Source: Cyanophora paradoxa CCMP329 (lineage: Eukaryota > Plantae > Glaucophyta). From it: a stretch of DNA of 64,000 nt. Below the pieces are notes generated by a model that searched no databases, was not told where the DNA came from, and saw only the letters and a list, made by a program, of their open reading frames with translations. Of this stretch, positions 11,919-25,100 are shown piece by piece. Positions within the stretch are counted from its first letter, which is position 1. Each line of letters opens with the position of its first letter. The DNA is taken from contig QPMI01000039.1 in NCBI GenBank assembly GCA_004431415.1, positions 1 through 64,000 on the forward strand, read 5' to 3'. The position numbers and the translations under genes are program-made.

Positions 11919-14900
11919 GCCCAGCTCCGCCACGCGCGCCTCCAGCGCCGCCTTCTCGGCCTCCAGCGCACGGGCCCGGCCCTCCGCCTCCTCGGCGCGG
12001 CTCTCGGCCTCTGCCCGCGCCTGCGCCGCTTCCAGCTCCGCCCCGAGGTCGGCGTCCCGCGACCGCGTCTCCGGCTCGGCCTTCTCGGCGCTCTCGAGCT
12101 CCTCCACCCGCACCGTCAGCGCAGCCAGCTCCTCCCCGAGGCCCGCCGCTGCCGCAGCCCGCCGCTCGTGCTCGCGCGCCGCCTTCTCGGCCTCCCGCCG
12201 CTGCTCGGCCCGCGCCGCCGCCAGCTCCGCCTCGAGCGCCTCCACGCGCGCCTCGGACCGCGCCAGCTCCGCCTCCCGCTCCGCCAGCGCCGCCCGGCTC
12301 GACGCCGCCGACGTCTGCAGCGCCGCCACGACAGCGTCCGTCTCGTCGCTGCCCAGCGACGCGTCCCGCTCGCCGGCCTCCGTCGCTGGCGCCGCCGCCG
12401 CCGCCGCTGCCGCCGCTGCGGCCGCCACCGCGGCCGACGCCGACGCTTCCAGCTCCGCGCACCGAGCCCGCAGCGCCTCGGCCTCTGCCCGCGCCGCCTC
12501 CAGCGCGCTGGAAGCCTCCGCGGCCCGCGCCCGGGATTCCTCGCCCTCAGCGGACCCGGCCTCGAGCGCCTCGACCTTCGCAGCCAGCGTCTCGCGCTCC
12601 GCCGCCAGCTCCTCGGACCGCGCCCGCGCCGCCTCCAGCTCGGCCGACTGCTCGGCCACGCGCGCCTCCAGCGCCACCGCCTCCGCCGCCGCCGCGCCCA
12701 GCTCCGCCACGCGCGCCTCCAGCGCCGCCTTCTCGGCCTCCAGCGCACGGGCCCGGCCCTCCGCCTCCTCGGCGCGGCTCTCGGCCTCTGCCCGCGCCTG
12801 CGCCGCTTCCAGCTCCGCCCCGAGGTCGGCGTCCCGCGACGCGTCTCCGGCTCGGCCTTCTCGGCGCTCTCGAGCTCCTCCACCCGCGCCGTCAGCGCCG
12901 CCAGCTCCTCCCCGAGGCCCGCCGCCGCCGCAGCCCGCCGCTCGTGCTCGCGCGCCGCCTCCTCGGCCTCCCGCCGCTGCTCGGCCCGCGCCGCCGCCAG
13001 CTCCGCCTCGAGCGCCTCCACGCGCGCCTCGGACCGCGCCAGCTCCGCCTCCCGCTCCGCCAGCGCCGCCCGGCTCGACGCCGCCGACGTCTGCAGCGCC
13101 GCCACGACAGCGTCCGTCTCGTCGCTGCCCAGCGACGCGTCCCGCTCGCCGGCCTCCGTCGCTGGCGCCGCCGCCGCCGCCGCTGCCGCCGCTGCGGCCG
13201 CCACCGCGGCCGACGCCGACGCTTCCAGCTCCGCGCACCGAACCCGCAGCGCCTCGGCCTCTGCCCGCGCCGCCTCCAGCGCGCTGGAAGCCTCCGCGGC
13301 CCGCGCCCGGGATTCCTCGCCCTCAGCGGACCCGGCCTCGAGCGCCTCGACCTTCGCAGCCAGCGTCTCGCGCTCCGCCGCCAGCTCCTCGGACCGCGCC
13401 CGCGCCGCCTCCAGCTCGGCCGACTGCTCGGCCACGCGCGCCTCCAGCGCCACCGCCTCCGCCGCCGCCGCGCCCAGCTCCGCCACGCGCGCCTCCAGCG
13501 CCGCCTTCTCGGCCTCCAGCGCACGGGCCCGGCCCTCCGCCTCCTCGGCGCGGCTCTCGGCCTCTGCCCGCGCCTGCGCCGCTTCCAGCTCCGCCCCGAG
13601 GTCGGCGTCCCGCGACCGCGTCTCCGGCTCGGCCTTCTCGGCGCTCTCGAGCTCCTCCACCCGCGCCGTCAGCGCCGCCAGCTCCTCCCCGAGGCCCGCC
13701 GCCGCCGCAGCCCGCCGCTCGTGCTCGCGCGCCGCCTCCTCGGCCTCCCGCCGCTGCTCGGCCCGCGAGGCCGCCAGCTCCGCCTCGAGCGCCTCCACGC
13801 GCGACTCGGCCCGCGCCAGCTCCGCCTCCCGCTCCGCCAGCGCCGCCCGGCTCGACGCCGCCGACGTCTGCAGCGCCGCCACAACAGCGTCCGTCTCGTC
13901 GCTGCCCAGTGATGCGTCCCGCTCGCCGGCCTCCGTCGCTGGCGCCGCCGCCGCCGCCGCAGCCGCCGCTGCCGCCGCCACCGCGGCCGACGCCGACGCT
14001 TCCAGCTCCGTGCACCGAACCCGCAGCGCCTCGGCCTCTGCCCGCGCCGCCTCCAGCGCGCTGGAAGCCTCCGCGGCCCGCGCCCGGGATTCCTCGCCCT
14101 CAGCGGACCCGGCCTCGAGCGCCTCGACCTTCGCAGCCAGCGTCTCGCGCTCCGCCGCCAGCTCCTCGGACCGCGCCCGCGCCGCCTCCAGCTCGGCCGA
14201 CTGCTCGGCCACGCGCGCCTCCAGCGCCACCCGCTCCGCCGCCGCCGCGCCCAGCTCCGCCACGCGCGCCTCCAGCGCCGCCTTCTCGGCCTCCAGCGCA
14301 CGGGCCCGGCCCTCCGCCTCCTCGGCGCGGCTCTCGGCCTCTGCCCGCGCCTGCGCCGCTTCCAGCTCCGCCCCGAGGTCGGCGTCCCGCGACCGCGTCT
14401 CCGGCTCGGCCTTCTCGGCGCTCTCGAGCTCCTCCACTCGCGCCGTCAGCGCCGCCAGCTCCTCCCCGAGGCCCGCCGCCGCCGCAGCCCGCCGCTCGTG
14501 CTCGCGCGCCGCCTCCTCGGCCTCCCGCCGCTGCTCGGCCTGCGCCGCCGCCAGCTCCGCCTCGAGCGCCTCCACGCGCGCCTCGGACCGCGCCAGCTCC
14601 GCCTCCCGCTCCGCCAGCGCCGCCCGGCTCGACGCCGCCGACGTCTGCAGCGCCGCCACGACAGCGTCCGTCTCGTCGCTGCCCAGCGACGCGTCCCGCT
14701 CGCCGGCCTCCGTCGCTGGCGCCGCCGCCGCCGCCGCTGCCGCCGCTGCGGCCGCCACCGCGGCCGACGCCGACGCTTCCAGCTCCGCGCACCGAGCCCG
14801 CAGCGCCTCGGCCTCTGCCCGCGCCGCCTCCAGCGCGCTGGAAGCCTCCGCGGCCCGCGCCCGGGATTCCTCGCCCTCAGCGGACCCGGCCTCGAGCGCC

Positions 14901-17900
14901 TCGACCTTCGCAGCCAGCGTCTCGCGCTCCGCCGCCAGCTCCTCGGACCGCGCCCGCGCCGCCTCCAGCTCGGCCGACTGCTCGGCCACGCGCGCCTCCA
15001 GCGCCACCGCCTCCGCCGCCGCCGCGCCCAGCTCCGCCACGCGCGCCTCCAGCGCCGCCTTCTCGGCCTCCAGCGCACGGGCCCGGCCCTCCGCCTCCTC
15101 GGCGCGGCTCTCGGCCTCTGCCCGCGCCTGCGCCGCTTCCAGCTCCGCCCCGAGGTCGGCGTCCCGCGACCGCGTCTCCGGCTCGGCCTTCTCGGCGCTC
15201 TCGAGCTCCTCCACCCGCGCCGTCAGCGCCGCCAGCTCCTCCCCGAGGCCCGCCGCCGCCGCAGCCCGCCGCTCGTGCTCGCGCGCCGCCTCCTCGGCCT
15301 CCCGCCGCTGCTCGGCCCGCGCCGCCGCCAGCTCCGCCTCGAGCGCCTCCACGCGCGCCTCGGACCGCGCCAGCTCCGCCTCCCGCTCCGCCAGCGCCGC
15401 CCGGCTCGACGCCGCCGACGTCTGCAGCGCCGCCACGACAGCGTCCGTCTCGTCGCTGCCCAGCGACGCGTCCCGCTCGCCGGCCTCCGTCGCTGGCGCC
15501 GCCGCCGCCGCCGCTGCCGCCGCTGCGGCCGCCACCGCGGCCGACGCCGACGCTTCCAGCTCCGCGCACCGAGCCCGCAGCGCCTCGGCCTCTGCCCGCG
15601 CCGCCTCCAGCGCGCTGGAAGCCTCCGCGGCCCGCGCCCGGGATTCCTCGCCCTCAGCGGACCCGGCCTCGAGCGCCTCGACCTTCGCAGCCAGCGTCTC
15701 GCGCTCCGCCGCCAGCTCCTCGGACCGCGCCCGCGCCGCCTCCAGCTCGGCCGACTGCTCGGCCACGCGCGCCTCCAGCGCCACCCGCTCCGCCGCCGCC
15801 GCGCCCAGCTCCGCCACGCGCGCCTCCAGCGCCGCCTTCTCGGCCTCCAGCGCACGGGCCCGGCCCTCCGCCTCCTCGGCGCGGCTCTCGGCCTCTGCCC
15901 GCGCCTGCGCCGCTTCCAGCTCCGCCCGAGGTCGGCGTCCCGCGACTGCGTCTCCGGCTCGGCCTTCTCGGCGCTCTCGAGCTCCTCCACCCGCACCGTC
16001 AGCGCAGCCAGCTCCTCCCCGAGGCCCGCCGCTGCCGCAGCCCGCCGCTCGTGCTCGCGCGCCGCCTCCTCGGCCTCCCGCCGCTGCTCGGCCCGCGCCG
16101 CCGCCAGCTCCGCCTCGAGCGCCTCCACGCGCGACTCGGCCCGCGCCAGCTCCGCCTCCCGCTCCGCCAGCGCCGCCCGGCTCGACGCCGCCGACGTCTG
16201 CAGCGCCGCCACAACAGCGTCCGTCTCGTCGCTGCCCAGTGATGCGTCCCGCTCGCCGGCCTCCGTCGCTGGCGCCGCCGCCGCCGCCGCAGCCGCCGCT
16301 GCCGCCGCCACCGCGGCCGACGCCGACGCTTCCAGCTCCGTGCACCGAACCCGCAGCGCCTCGGCCTCTGCCCGCGCCGCCTCCAGCACGCTGGAAGCCT
16401 CCGCGGCCCGCGCCCGGGATTCCTCGCCCTCAGCGGACCCGGCCTCGAGCGCCTCGACCTTCGCAGCCAGCGTCTCGCGCTCCGCCGCCAGCTCCTCGGA
16501 CCGCGCCCGCGCCGCCTCCAGCTCGGCCGACTGCTCGGCCACGCGCGCCTCCAGCGCCACCGCCTCCGCCGCCGCCGCGCCCAGCTCCGCCACGCGCGCC
16601 TCCAGCGCCGCCTTCTCGGCCTCCAGCGCACGGGCCCGGCCTCCGCCTCCTCGGCGCGGCTCTCGGCCTCTGCCCGCGCCTGCGCCGCTTCCAGCTCCGC
16701 CCCGAGGTCGGCGTCCCGCGACCGCGTCTCCGGCTCGGCCTTCTCGGCGCTCTCGAGCTCCTCCACCCGCGCCGTCAGCGCCGCCAGCTCCTCCCCGAGG
16801 CCCGCCGCCGCCGCAGCCCGCCGCTCGTGCTCGCGCGCCGCCTCCTCGGCCTCCCGCCGCTGCTCGGCCCGCGAGGCCGCCAGCTCCGCCTCGAGCGCCT
16901 CCACGCGCGACTCGGCCCGCGCCAGCTCCGCCTCCCGCTCCGCCAGCGCCGCCCGGCTCGACGCCGCCGACGTCTGCAGCGCCGCCACAACAGCGTCCGT
17001 CTCGTCGCTGCCCAGTGATGCGTCCCGCTCGCCGGCCTCCGTCGCTGGCGCCGCCGCCGCCGCCGCAGCCGCCGCTGCCGCCGCCACCGCGGCCGACGCC
17101 GACGCTTCCAGCTCCGTGCACCGAACCCGCAGCGCCTCGGCCTCTGCCCGCGCCGCCTCCAGCGCGCTGGAAGCCTCCGCGGCCCGCGCCCGGGATTCCT
17201 CGCCCTCAGCGGACCCGGCCTCGAGCGCCTCGACCTTCGCAGCCAGCGTCTCGCGCTCCGCCGCCAGCTCCTCGGACCGCGCCCGCGCCGCCTCCAGCTC
17301 GGCCGACTGCTCGGCCACGCGCGCCTCCAGCGCCACCCGCTCCGCCGCCGCCGCGCCCAGCTCCGCCACGCGCGCCTCCAGCGCCGCCTTCTCGGCCTCC
17401 AGCGCACGGGCCCGGCCCTCCGCCTCCTCGGCGCGGCTCTCGGCCTCTGCCCGCGCCTGCGCCGCTTCCAGCTCCGCCCCGAGGTCGGCGTCCCGCGACC
17501 GCGTCTCCGGCTCGGCCTTCTCGGCGCTCTCGAGCTCCTCCACTCGCGCCGTCAGCGCCGCCAGCTCCTCCCCGAGGCCCGCCGCCGCCGCAGCCCGCCG
17601 CTCGTGCTCGCGCGCCGCCTCCTCGGCCTCCCGCCGCTGCTCGGCCTGCGCCGCCGCCAGCTCCGCCTCGAGCGCCTCCACGCGCGCCTCGGACCGCGCC
17701 AGCTCCGCCTCCCGCTCCGCCAGCGCCGCCCGGCTCGACGCCGCCGACGTCTGCAGCGCCGCCACGACAGCGTCCGTCTCGTCGCTGCCCAGCGACGCGT
17801 CCCGCTCGCCGGCCTCCGTCGCTGGCGCCGCCGCCGCCGCCGCTGCCGCCGCTGCGGCCGCCACCGCGGCCGACGCCGACGCTTCCAGCTCCGCGCACCG

Positions 17901-20457
17901 AGCCCGCAGCGCCTCGGCCTCTGCCCGCGCCGCCTCCAGCGCGCTGGAAGCCTCCGCGGCCCGCGCCCGGGATTCCTCGCCCTCAGCGGACCCGGCCTCG
18001 AGCGCCTCGACCTTCGCAGCCAGCGTCTCGCGCTCCGCCGCCAGCTCCTCGGACCGCGCCCGCGCCGCCTCCAGCTCGGCCGACTGCTCGGCCACGCGCG
18101 CCTCCAGCGCCACCGCCTCCGCCGCCGCCGCGCCCAGCTCCGCCACGCGCGCCTCCAGCGCCGCCTTCTCGGCCTCCAGCGCACGGGCCCGGCCCTCCGC
18201 CTCCTCGGCGCGGCTCTCGGCCTCTGCCCGCGCCTGCGCCGCTTCCAGCTCCGCCCCGAGGTCGGCGTCCCGCGACCGCGTCTCCGGCTCGGCCTTCTCG
18301 GCGCTCTCGAGCTCCTCCACCCGCGCCGTCAGCGCCGCCAGCTCCTCCCCGAGGCCCGCCGCCGCCGCAGCCCGCCGCTCGTGCTCGCGCGCCGCCTCCT
18401 CGGCCTCCCGCCGCTGCTCGGCCCGCGCCGCCGCCAGCTCCGCCTCGAGCGCCTCCACGCGCGCCTCGGACCGCGCCAGCTCCGCCTCCCGCTCCGCCAG
18501 CGCCGCCCGGCTCGACGCCGCCGACGTCTGCAGCGCCGCCACGACAGCGTCCGTCTCGTCGCTGCCCAGCGACGCGTCCCGCTCGCCGGCCTCCGTCGCT
18601 GGCGCCGCCGCCGCCGCCGCTGCCGCCGCTGCGGCCGCCACCGCGGCCGACGCCGACGCTTCCAGCTCCGCGCACCGAGCCCGCAGCGCCTCGGCCTCTG
18701 CCCGCGCCGCCTCCAGCGCGCTGGAAGCCTCCGCGGCCCGCGCCCGGGATTCCTCGCCCTCAGCGGACCCGGCCTCGAGCGCCTCGACCTTCGCAGCCAG
18801 CGTCTCGCGCTCCGCCGCCAGCTCCTCGGACCGCGCCCGCGCCGCCTCCAGCTCGGCCGACTGCTCGGCCACGCGCGCCTCCAGCGCCACCCGCTCCGCC
18901 GCCGCCGCGCCCAGCTCCGCCACGCGCGCCTCCAGCGCCGCCTTCTCGGCCTCCAGCGCACGGGCCCGGCCCTCCGCCTCCTCGGCGCGGCTCTCGGCCT
19001 CTGCCCGCGCCTGCGCCGCTTCCAGCTCCGCCCCGAGGTCGGCGTCCCGCGACTGCGTCTCCGGCTCGGCCTTCTCGGCGCTCTCGAGCTCCTCCACCCG
19101 CACCGTCAGCGCAGCCAGCTCCTCCCCGAGGCCCGCCGCTGCCGCAGCCCGCCGCTCGTGCTCGCGCGCCGCCTCCTCGGCCTCCCGCCGCTGCTCGGCC
19201 CGCGCCGCCGCCAGCTCCGCCTCGAGCGCCTCCACGCGCGACTCGGCCCGCGCCAGCTCCGCCTCCCGCTCCGCCAGCGCCGCCCGGCTCGACGCCGCCG
19301 ACGTCTGCAGCGCCGCCACAACAGCGTCCGTCTCGTCGCTGCCCAGTGATGCGTCCCGCTCGCCGGCCTCCGTCGCTGGCGCCGCCGCCGCCGCCGCAGC
19401 CGCCGCTGCCGCCGCCACCGCGGCCGACGCCGACGCTTCCAGCTCCGTGCACCGAACCCGCAGCGCCTCGGCCTCTGCCCGCGCCGCCTCCAGCACGCTG
19501 GAAGCCTCCGCGGCCCGCGCCCGGGATTCCTCGCCCTCAGCGGACCCGGCCTCGAGCGCCTCGACCTTCGCAGCCAGCGTCTCGCGCTCCGCCGCCAGCT
19601 CCTCGGACCGCGCCCGCGCCGCCTCCAGCTCGGCCGACTGCTCGGCCACGCGCGCCTCCAGCGCCACCGCCTCCGCCGCCGCCGCGCCCAGCTCCGCCAC
19701 GCGCGCCTCCAGCGCCGCCTTCTCGGCCTCCAGCGCACGGGCCCGGCCCTCCGCCTCCTCGGCGCGGCTCTCGGCCTCTGCCCGCGCCTGCGCCGCTTCC
19801 AGCTCCGCCCCGAGGTCGGCGTCCCGCGACCGCGTCTCCGGCTCGGCCTTCTCGGCGCTCTCGAGCTCCTCCACTCGCGCCGTCAGCGCCGCCAGCTCCT
19901 CCCGAGGCCCGCCGCCGCCGCAGCCCGCCGCTCGTGCTCGCGCGCCGCCTCCTCGGCCTCCCGCCGCTGCTCGGCCCGCGCCGCCGCCAGCTCCGCCTCG
20001 AGCGCCTCCACGCGCGCCTCGGACCGCGCCAGCTCCGCCTCCCGCTCCGCCAGCGCCGCCCGGCTCGACGCCGCCGACGTCTGCAGCGCCGCCACGACAG
20101 CGTCCGTCTCGTCGCTGCCCAGCGACGCGTCCCGCTCGCCGGCCTCCGTCGCTGGCGCCGCCGCCGCCGCCGCTGCCGCCGCTGCGGCCGCCACCGCGGC
20201 CGACGCCGACGCTTCCAGCTCCGCGCACCGAGCCCGCAGCGCCTCGGCCTCTGCCCGCGCCGCCTCCAGCGCGCTGGACGCCTCCGCGGCCCGCGCCCGG
20301 GATTCCTCGCCCTCAGCGGACCCGGCCTCGAGCGCCTCGACCTTCGCAGCCAGCGTCTCGCGCTCCGCCGCCAGCGTTTCGCGCTCCGCCGCCAGCTCCT
20401 CGGACCGCGCCCGCGCCGCCTCCAGCTCGGCCGACTGCTCGGCCACGCGCGCCTCCA

Positions 20458-20494
<37 letters not shown>

Positions 20495-21267
20495 GCCCAG
20501 CTCCGCCACGCGCGCCTCCAGCGCCGCCTTCTCGGCCTCCAGCGCACGGGCCCGGCCCTCCGCCTCCTCGGCGCGGCTCTCGGCCTCTGCCCGCGCCTGC
20601 GCCGCTTCCAGCTCCGCCCCGAGGTCGGCGTCCCGCGACTGCGTCTCCGGCTCGGCCTTCTCGGCGCTCTCGAGCTCCTCCACCCGCACCGTCAGCGCAG
20701 CCAGCTCCTCCCCGAGGCCCGCCGCTGCCGCAGCCCGCCGCTCGTGCTCGCGCGCCGCCTCCTCGGCCTCCCGCCGCTGCTCGGCCCGCGCCGCCGCCAG
20801 CTCCGCCTCGAGCGCCTCCACGCGCGCCTCGGACCGCGCCAGCTCCGCCTCCCGCTCCGCCAGCGCCGCCCGGCTCGACGCCGCCGACGTCTGCAGCGCC
20901 GCCACGACAGCGTCCGTCTCGTCGCTGCCCAGCGACGCGTCCCGCTCGCCGGCCTCCGTCGCTGGCGCCGCCGCCGCCGCCGCTGCCGCCGCTGCGGCCG
21001 CCACCGCGGCCGACGCCGACGCTTCCAGCTCCGCGCACCGAGCCCGCAGCGCCTCGGCCTCTGCCCGCGCCGCCTCCAGCGCGCTGGACGCCTCCGCGGC
21101 CCGCGCCCGGGATTCCTCGCCCTCAGCGGACCCGGCCTCGAGCGCCTCGACCTTCGCAGCCAGCGTCTCGCGCTCCGCCGCCAGCGTTTCGCGCTCCGCC
21201 GCCAGCTCCTCGGACCGCGCCCGCGCCGCCTCCAGCTCGGCCGACTGCTCGGCCACGCGCGCCTCCA

Positions 21268-21304
<37 letters not shown>

Positions 21305-22077
21305 GCCCAGCTCCGCCACGCGCGCCTCCAGCGCCGCCTTCTCGGCCTCCAGCGCACGGGCCCGGCCCTCCGCCTCCTCGGCGCGGCTCTCGGCCTCTGC
21401 CCGCGCCTGCGCCGCTTCCAGCTCCGCCCCGAGGTCGGCGTCCCGCGACCGCGTCTCCGGCTCGGCCTTCTCGGCGCTCTCGAGCTCCTCCACCCGCACC
21501 GTCAGCGCAGCCAGCTCCTCCCCGAGGCCCGCCGCTGCCGCAGCCCGCCGCTTGTGCTCGCGCGCCGCCTCCTCGGCCTCCCGCCGCTGCTCGGCCCGCG
21601 CCGCCGCCAGCTCCGCCTCGAGCGCCTCCACGCGCGCCTCGGACCGCGCCAGCTCCGCCTCCCGCTCCGCCAGCGCCGCCCGGCTCGACGCCGCCGACGT
21701 CTGCAGCGCCGCCACGACAGCGTCCGTCTCGTCGCTGCCCAGCGACGCGTCCCGCTCGCCGGCCTCCGTCGCTGGCGCCGCCGCCGCCGCCGCTGCCGCC
21801 GCTGCGGCCGCCACCGCGGCCGACGCCGACGCTTCCAGCTCCGCGCACCGAGCCCGCAGCGCCTCGGCCTCTGCCCGCGCCGCCTCCAGCGCGCTGGAAG
21901 CCTCCGCGGCCCGCGCCCGGGATTCCTCGCCCTCAGCGGACCCGGCCTCGAGCGCCTCGACCTTCGCAGCCAGCGTCTCGCGCTCCGCCGCCAGCGTTTC
22001 GCGCTCCGCCGCCAGCTCCTCGGACCGCGCCCGCGCCGCCTCCAGCTCGGCCGACTGCTCGGCCACGCGCGCCTCCA

Positions 22078-22114
<37 letters not shown>

Positions 22115-25100
22115 GCCCAGCTCCGCCACGCGCGCCTCCAGCGCCGCCTTCTCGGCCTCCAGCGCACGGGCCCGGCCCTCCGCCTCCTCGGCGCGGCTCT
22201 CGGCCTCTGCCCGCGCCTGCGCCGCTTCCAGCTCCGCCCCGAGGTCGGCGTCCCGCGACTGCATCTCCGGCTCGGCCTTCTCGGCGCTCTCGAGCTCCTC
22301 CACCCGCACCGTCAGCGCAGCCAGCTCCTCCCCGAGGCCCGCCGCCGCCGCAGCCCGCCGCTCGTGCTCGCGCGCCGCCTCCTCGGCCTCCCGCCGCTGC
22401 TCGGCCCGCGCCGCCGCCAGCTCCGCCTCGAGCGCCTCCACGCGCGCCTCGGCCCGCGCCAGCTCCGCCTCCCGCTCCGCCAGCGCCGCCCGGCTCGACG
22501 CCGCCGACGTCTGCAGCGCCGCCACGACAGCGTCCGTCTCGTCGCTGCCCAGTGATGCGTCCCGCTCGCCGGCCTCCGTCGCTGGCGCCGCCGCCGCCGC
22601 CGCAGCCGCCGCTGCCGCCGCCACCGCGGCCGACGCCGACGCTTCCAGCTCCGTGCACCGAACCCGCAGCGCCTCGGCCTCTGCCCGCGCCGCCTCCAGC
22701 GCGCTGGAAGCCTCCGCGGCCCGCGCCCGGGATTCCTCGCCCTCAGCGGACCCGGCCTCGAGCGCCTCGACCTTCGCAGCCAGCGTCTCGCGCTCCGCCG
22801 CCAGCTCCTCGGACCGCGCCCGCGCCGCCTCCAGCTCGGCCGACTGCTCGGCCACGCGCGCCTCCAGCGCCGCCGCCGCCGCCGCCGCCGCGCCCAGCTC
22901 CGCCACGCGCGCCTCCAGCGCCGCCTTCTCGGCCTCCAGCGCACGGGCGCGGCCCTCCGCCTCCTCGGCGCGGCTCTCGGCCTCTGCCCGCGCCTGCGCC
23001 GCTTCCAGCTCCGCCCCGAGGTCGGCGTCCCGCGACTGCGTCTCCGGCTCGGCCTTCTCGGCGCTCTCGAGCTCCTCCACCCGCACCGTCAGCGCAGCCA
23101 GCTCCTCCCCGAGGCCCGCCGCCGCCGCAGCCCGCCGCTCGTGCTCGCGCGCCGCCTCCTCGGCCTCCCGCCGCTGCTCGGCCCGCGCCGCCGCCAGCTC
23201 CGCCTCGAGCGCCTCCACGCGCGCCTCGGCCCGCGCCAGCTCCGCCTCCCGCTCCGCCAGCGCCGCCCGGCTCGACGCCGCCGACGTCTGCAGCGCCGCC
23301 ACGACAGCGTCCGTCTCGTCGCTGCCCAGCGACGCGTCCCGCTCGCCGGCCTCCGTCGCTGGCGCCGCCGCCGCCGCCGCAGCCGCCGCTGCCGCCGCCA
23401 CCGCGGCCGACGCCGACGCTTCCAGCTCCGTGCACCGAACCCGCAGCGCCTCGGCCTCTGCCCGCGCCGCCTCCAGCGCGCTGGAAGCCTCCGCGGCCCG
23501 CGCCCGGGATTCCTCGCCCTCAGCGGACCCGGCCTCGAGCGCCTCGACCTTCGCAGCCAGCGTCTCGCGCTCCGCCGCCAGCTCCTCGGACCGCGCCCGC
23601 GCCGCCTCCAGCTCGGCCGACTGCTCGGCCACGCGCGCCTCCAGCGCCGCCGCCGCCGCCGCCGCCGCGCCCAGCTCCGCCACGCGCGCCTCCAGCGCCG
23701 CCTTCTCGGCCTCCAGCGCACGGGCGCGGCCCTCCGCCTCCTCGGCGCGGCTCTCGGCCTCTGCCCGCGCCTGCGCCGCTTCCAGCTCCGCCCCGAGGTC
23801 GGCGTCCCGCGACTGCGTCTCCGGCTCGGCCTTCTCGGCGCTCTCGAGCTCCTCCACCCGCACCGTCAGCGCAGCCAGCTCCTCCCCGAGGCCCGCCGCC
23901 GCCGCAGCCCGCCGCTCGTGCTCGCGCGCCGCCTCCTCGGCCTCCCGCCGCTGCTCGGCCCGCGCCGCCGCCAGCTCCGCCTCGAGCGCCTCCACGCGCG
24001 CCTCGGCCCGCGCCAGCTCCGCCTCCCGCTCCGCCAGCGCCGCCCGGCTCGACGCCGCCGACGTCTGCAGCGCCGCCACGACAGCGTCCGTCTCGTCGCT
24101 GCCCAGCGACGCGTCCCGCTCGCCGGCCTCCGTCGCTGGCGCCGCCGCCGCCGCCGCAGCCGCCGCTGCCGCCGCCACCGCGGCCGACGCCGACGCTTCC
24201 AGCTCCGTGCACCGAACCCGCAGCGCCTCGGCCTCTGCCCGCGCCGCCTCCAGCGCGCTGGAAGCCTCCGCGGCCCGCGCCCGGGATTCCTCGCCCTCAG
24301 CGGACCCGGCCTCGAGCGCCTCGACCTTCGCAGCCAGCGTCTCGCGCTCCGCCGCCAGCTCCTCGGACCGCGCCCGCGCCGCCTCCAGCTCGGCCGACTG
24401 CTCGGCCACGCGCGCCTCCAGCGCCACCGCCGCCGCCGCCGCCGCGCCCAGCTCCGCCACGCGCGCCTCCAGCGCCGCCTTCTCGGCCTCCAGCGCACGG
24501 GCCCGGCCCTCCGCCTCCTCGGCGCGGCTCTCGGCCTCTGCCCGCGCCTGCGCCGCTTCCAGCTCCGCCCCGAGGTCGGCGTCCCGCGACCGCGTCTCCG
24601 GCTCGGCCTTCTCGGCGCTCTCGAGCTCCTCCACCCGCGCCGTCAGCGCCGCCAGCTCCTCCCCGAGGCCCGCCGCCGCCGCAGCCCGCCGCTCGTGCTC
24701 GCGCGCCGCCTCCTCGGCCTCCCGCCGCTGCTCGGCCCGCGCCGCCGCCAGCTCCGCCTCGAGCGCCTCCACGCGCGCCTCGGACCGCGCCAGCTCCGCC
24801 TCCCGCTCCGCCAGCGCCGCCCGGCTCGACGCCGCCGACGTCTGCAGCGCCGCCACGACAGCGTCCGTCTCGTCGCTGCCCAGCGACGCGTCCCGCTCGC
24901 CGGCCTCCGTCGCTGGCGCCGCCGCCGCCGCCGCAGCCGCCGCTGCCGCCGCCACCGCGGCCGACGCCGACGCTTCCAGCTCCGTGCACCGAACCCGCAG
25001 CGCCTCGGCCTCTGCCCGCGCCGCCTCCAGCGCGCTGGAAGCCTCCGCGGCCCGCGCCCGGGATTCCTCGCCCTCAGCGGACCCGGCCTCGAGCGCCTCG

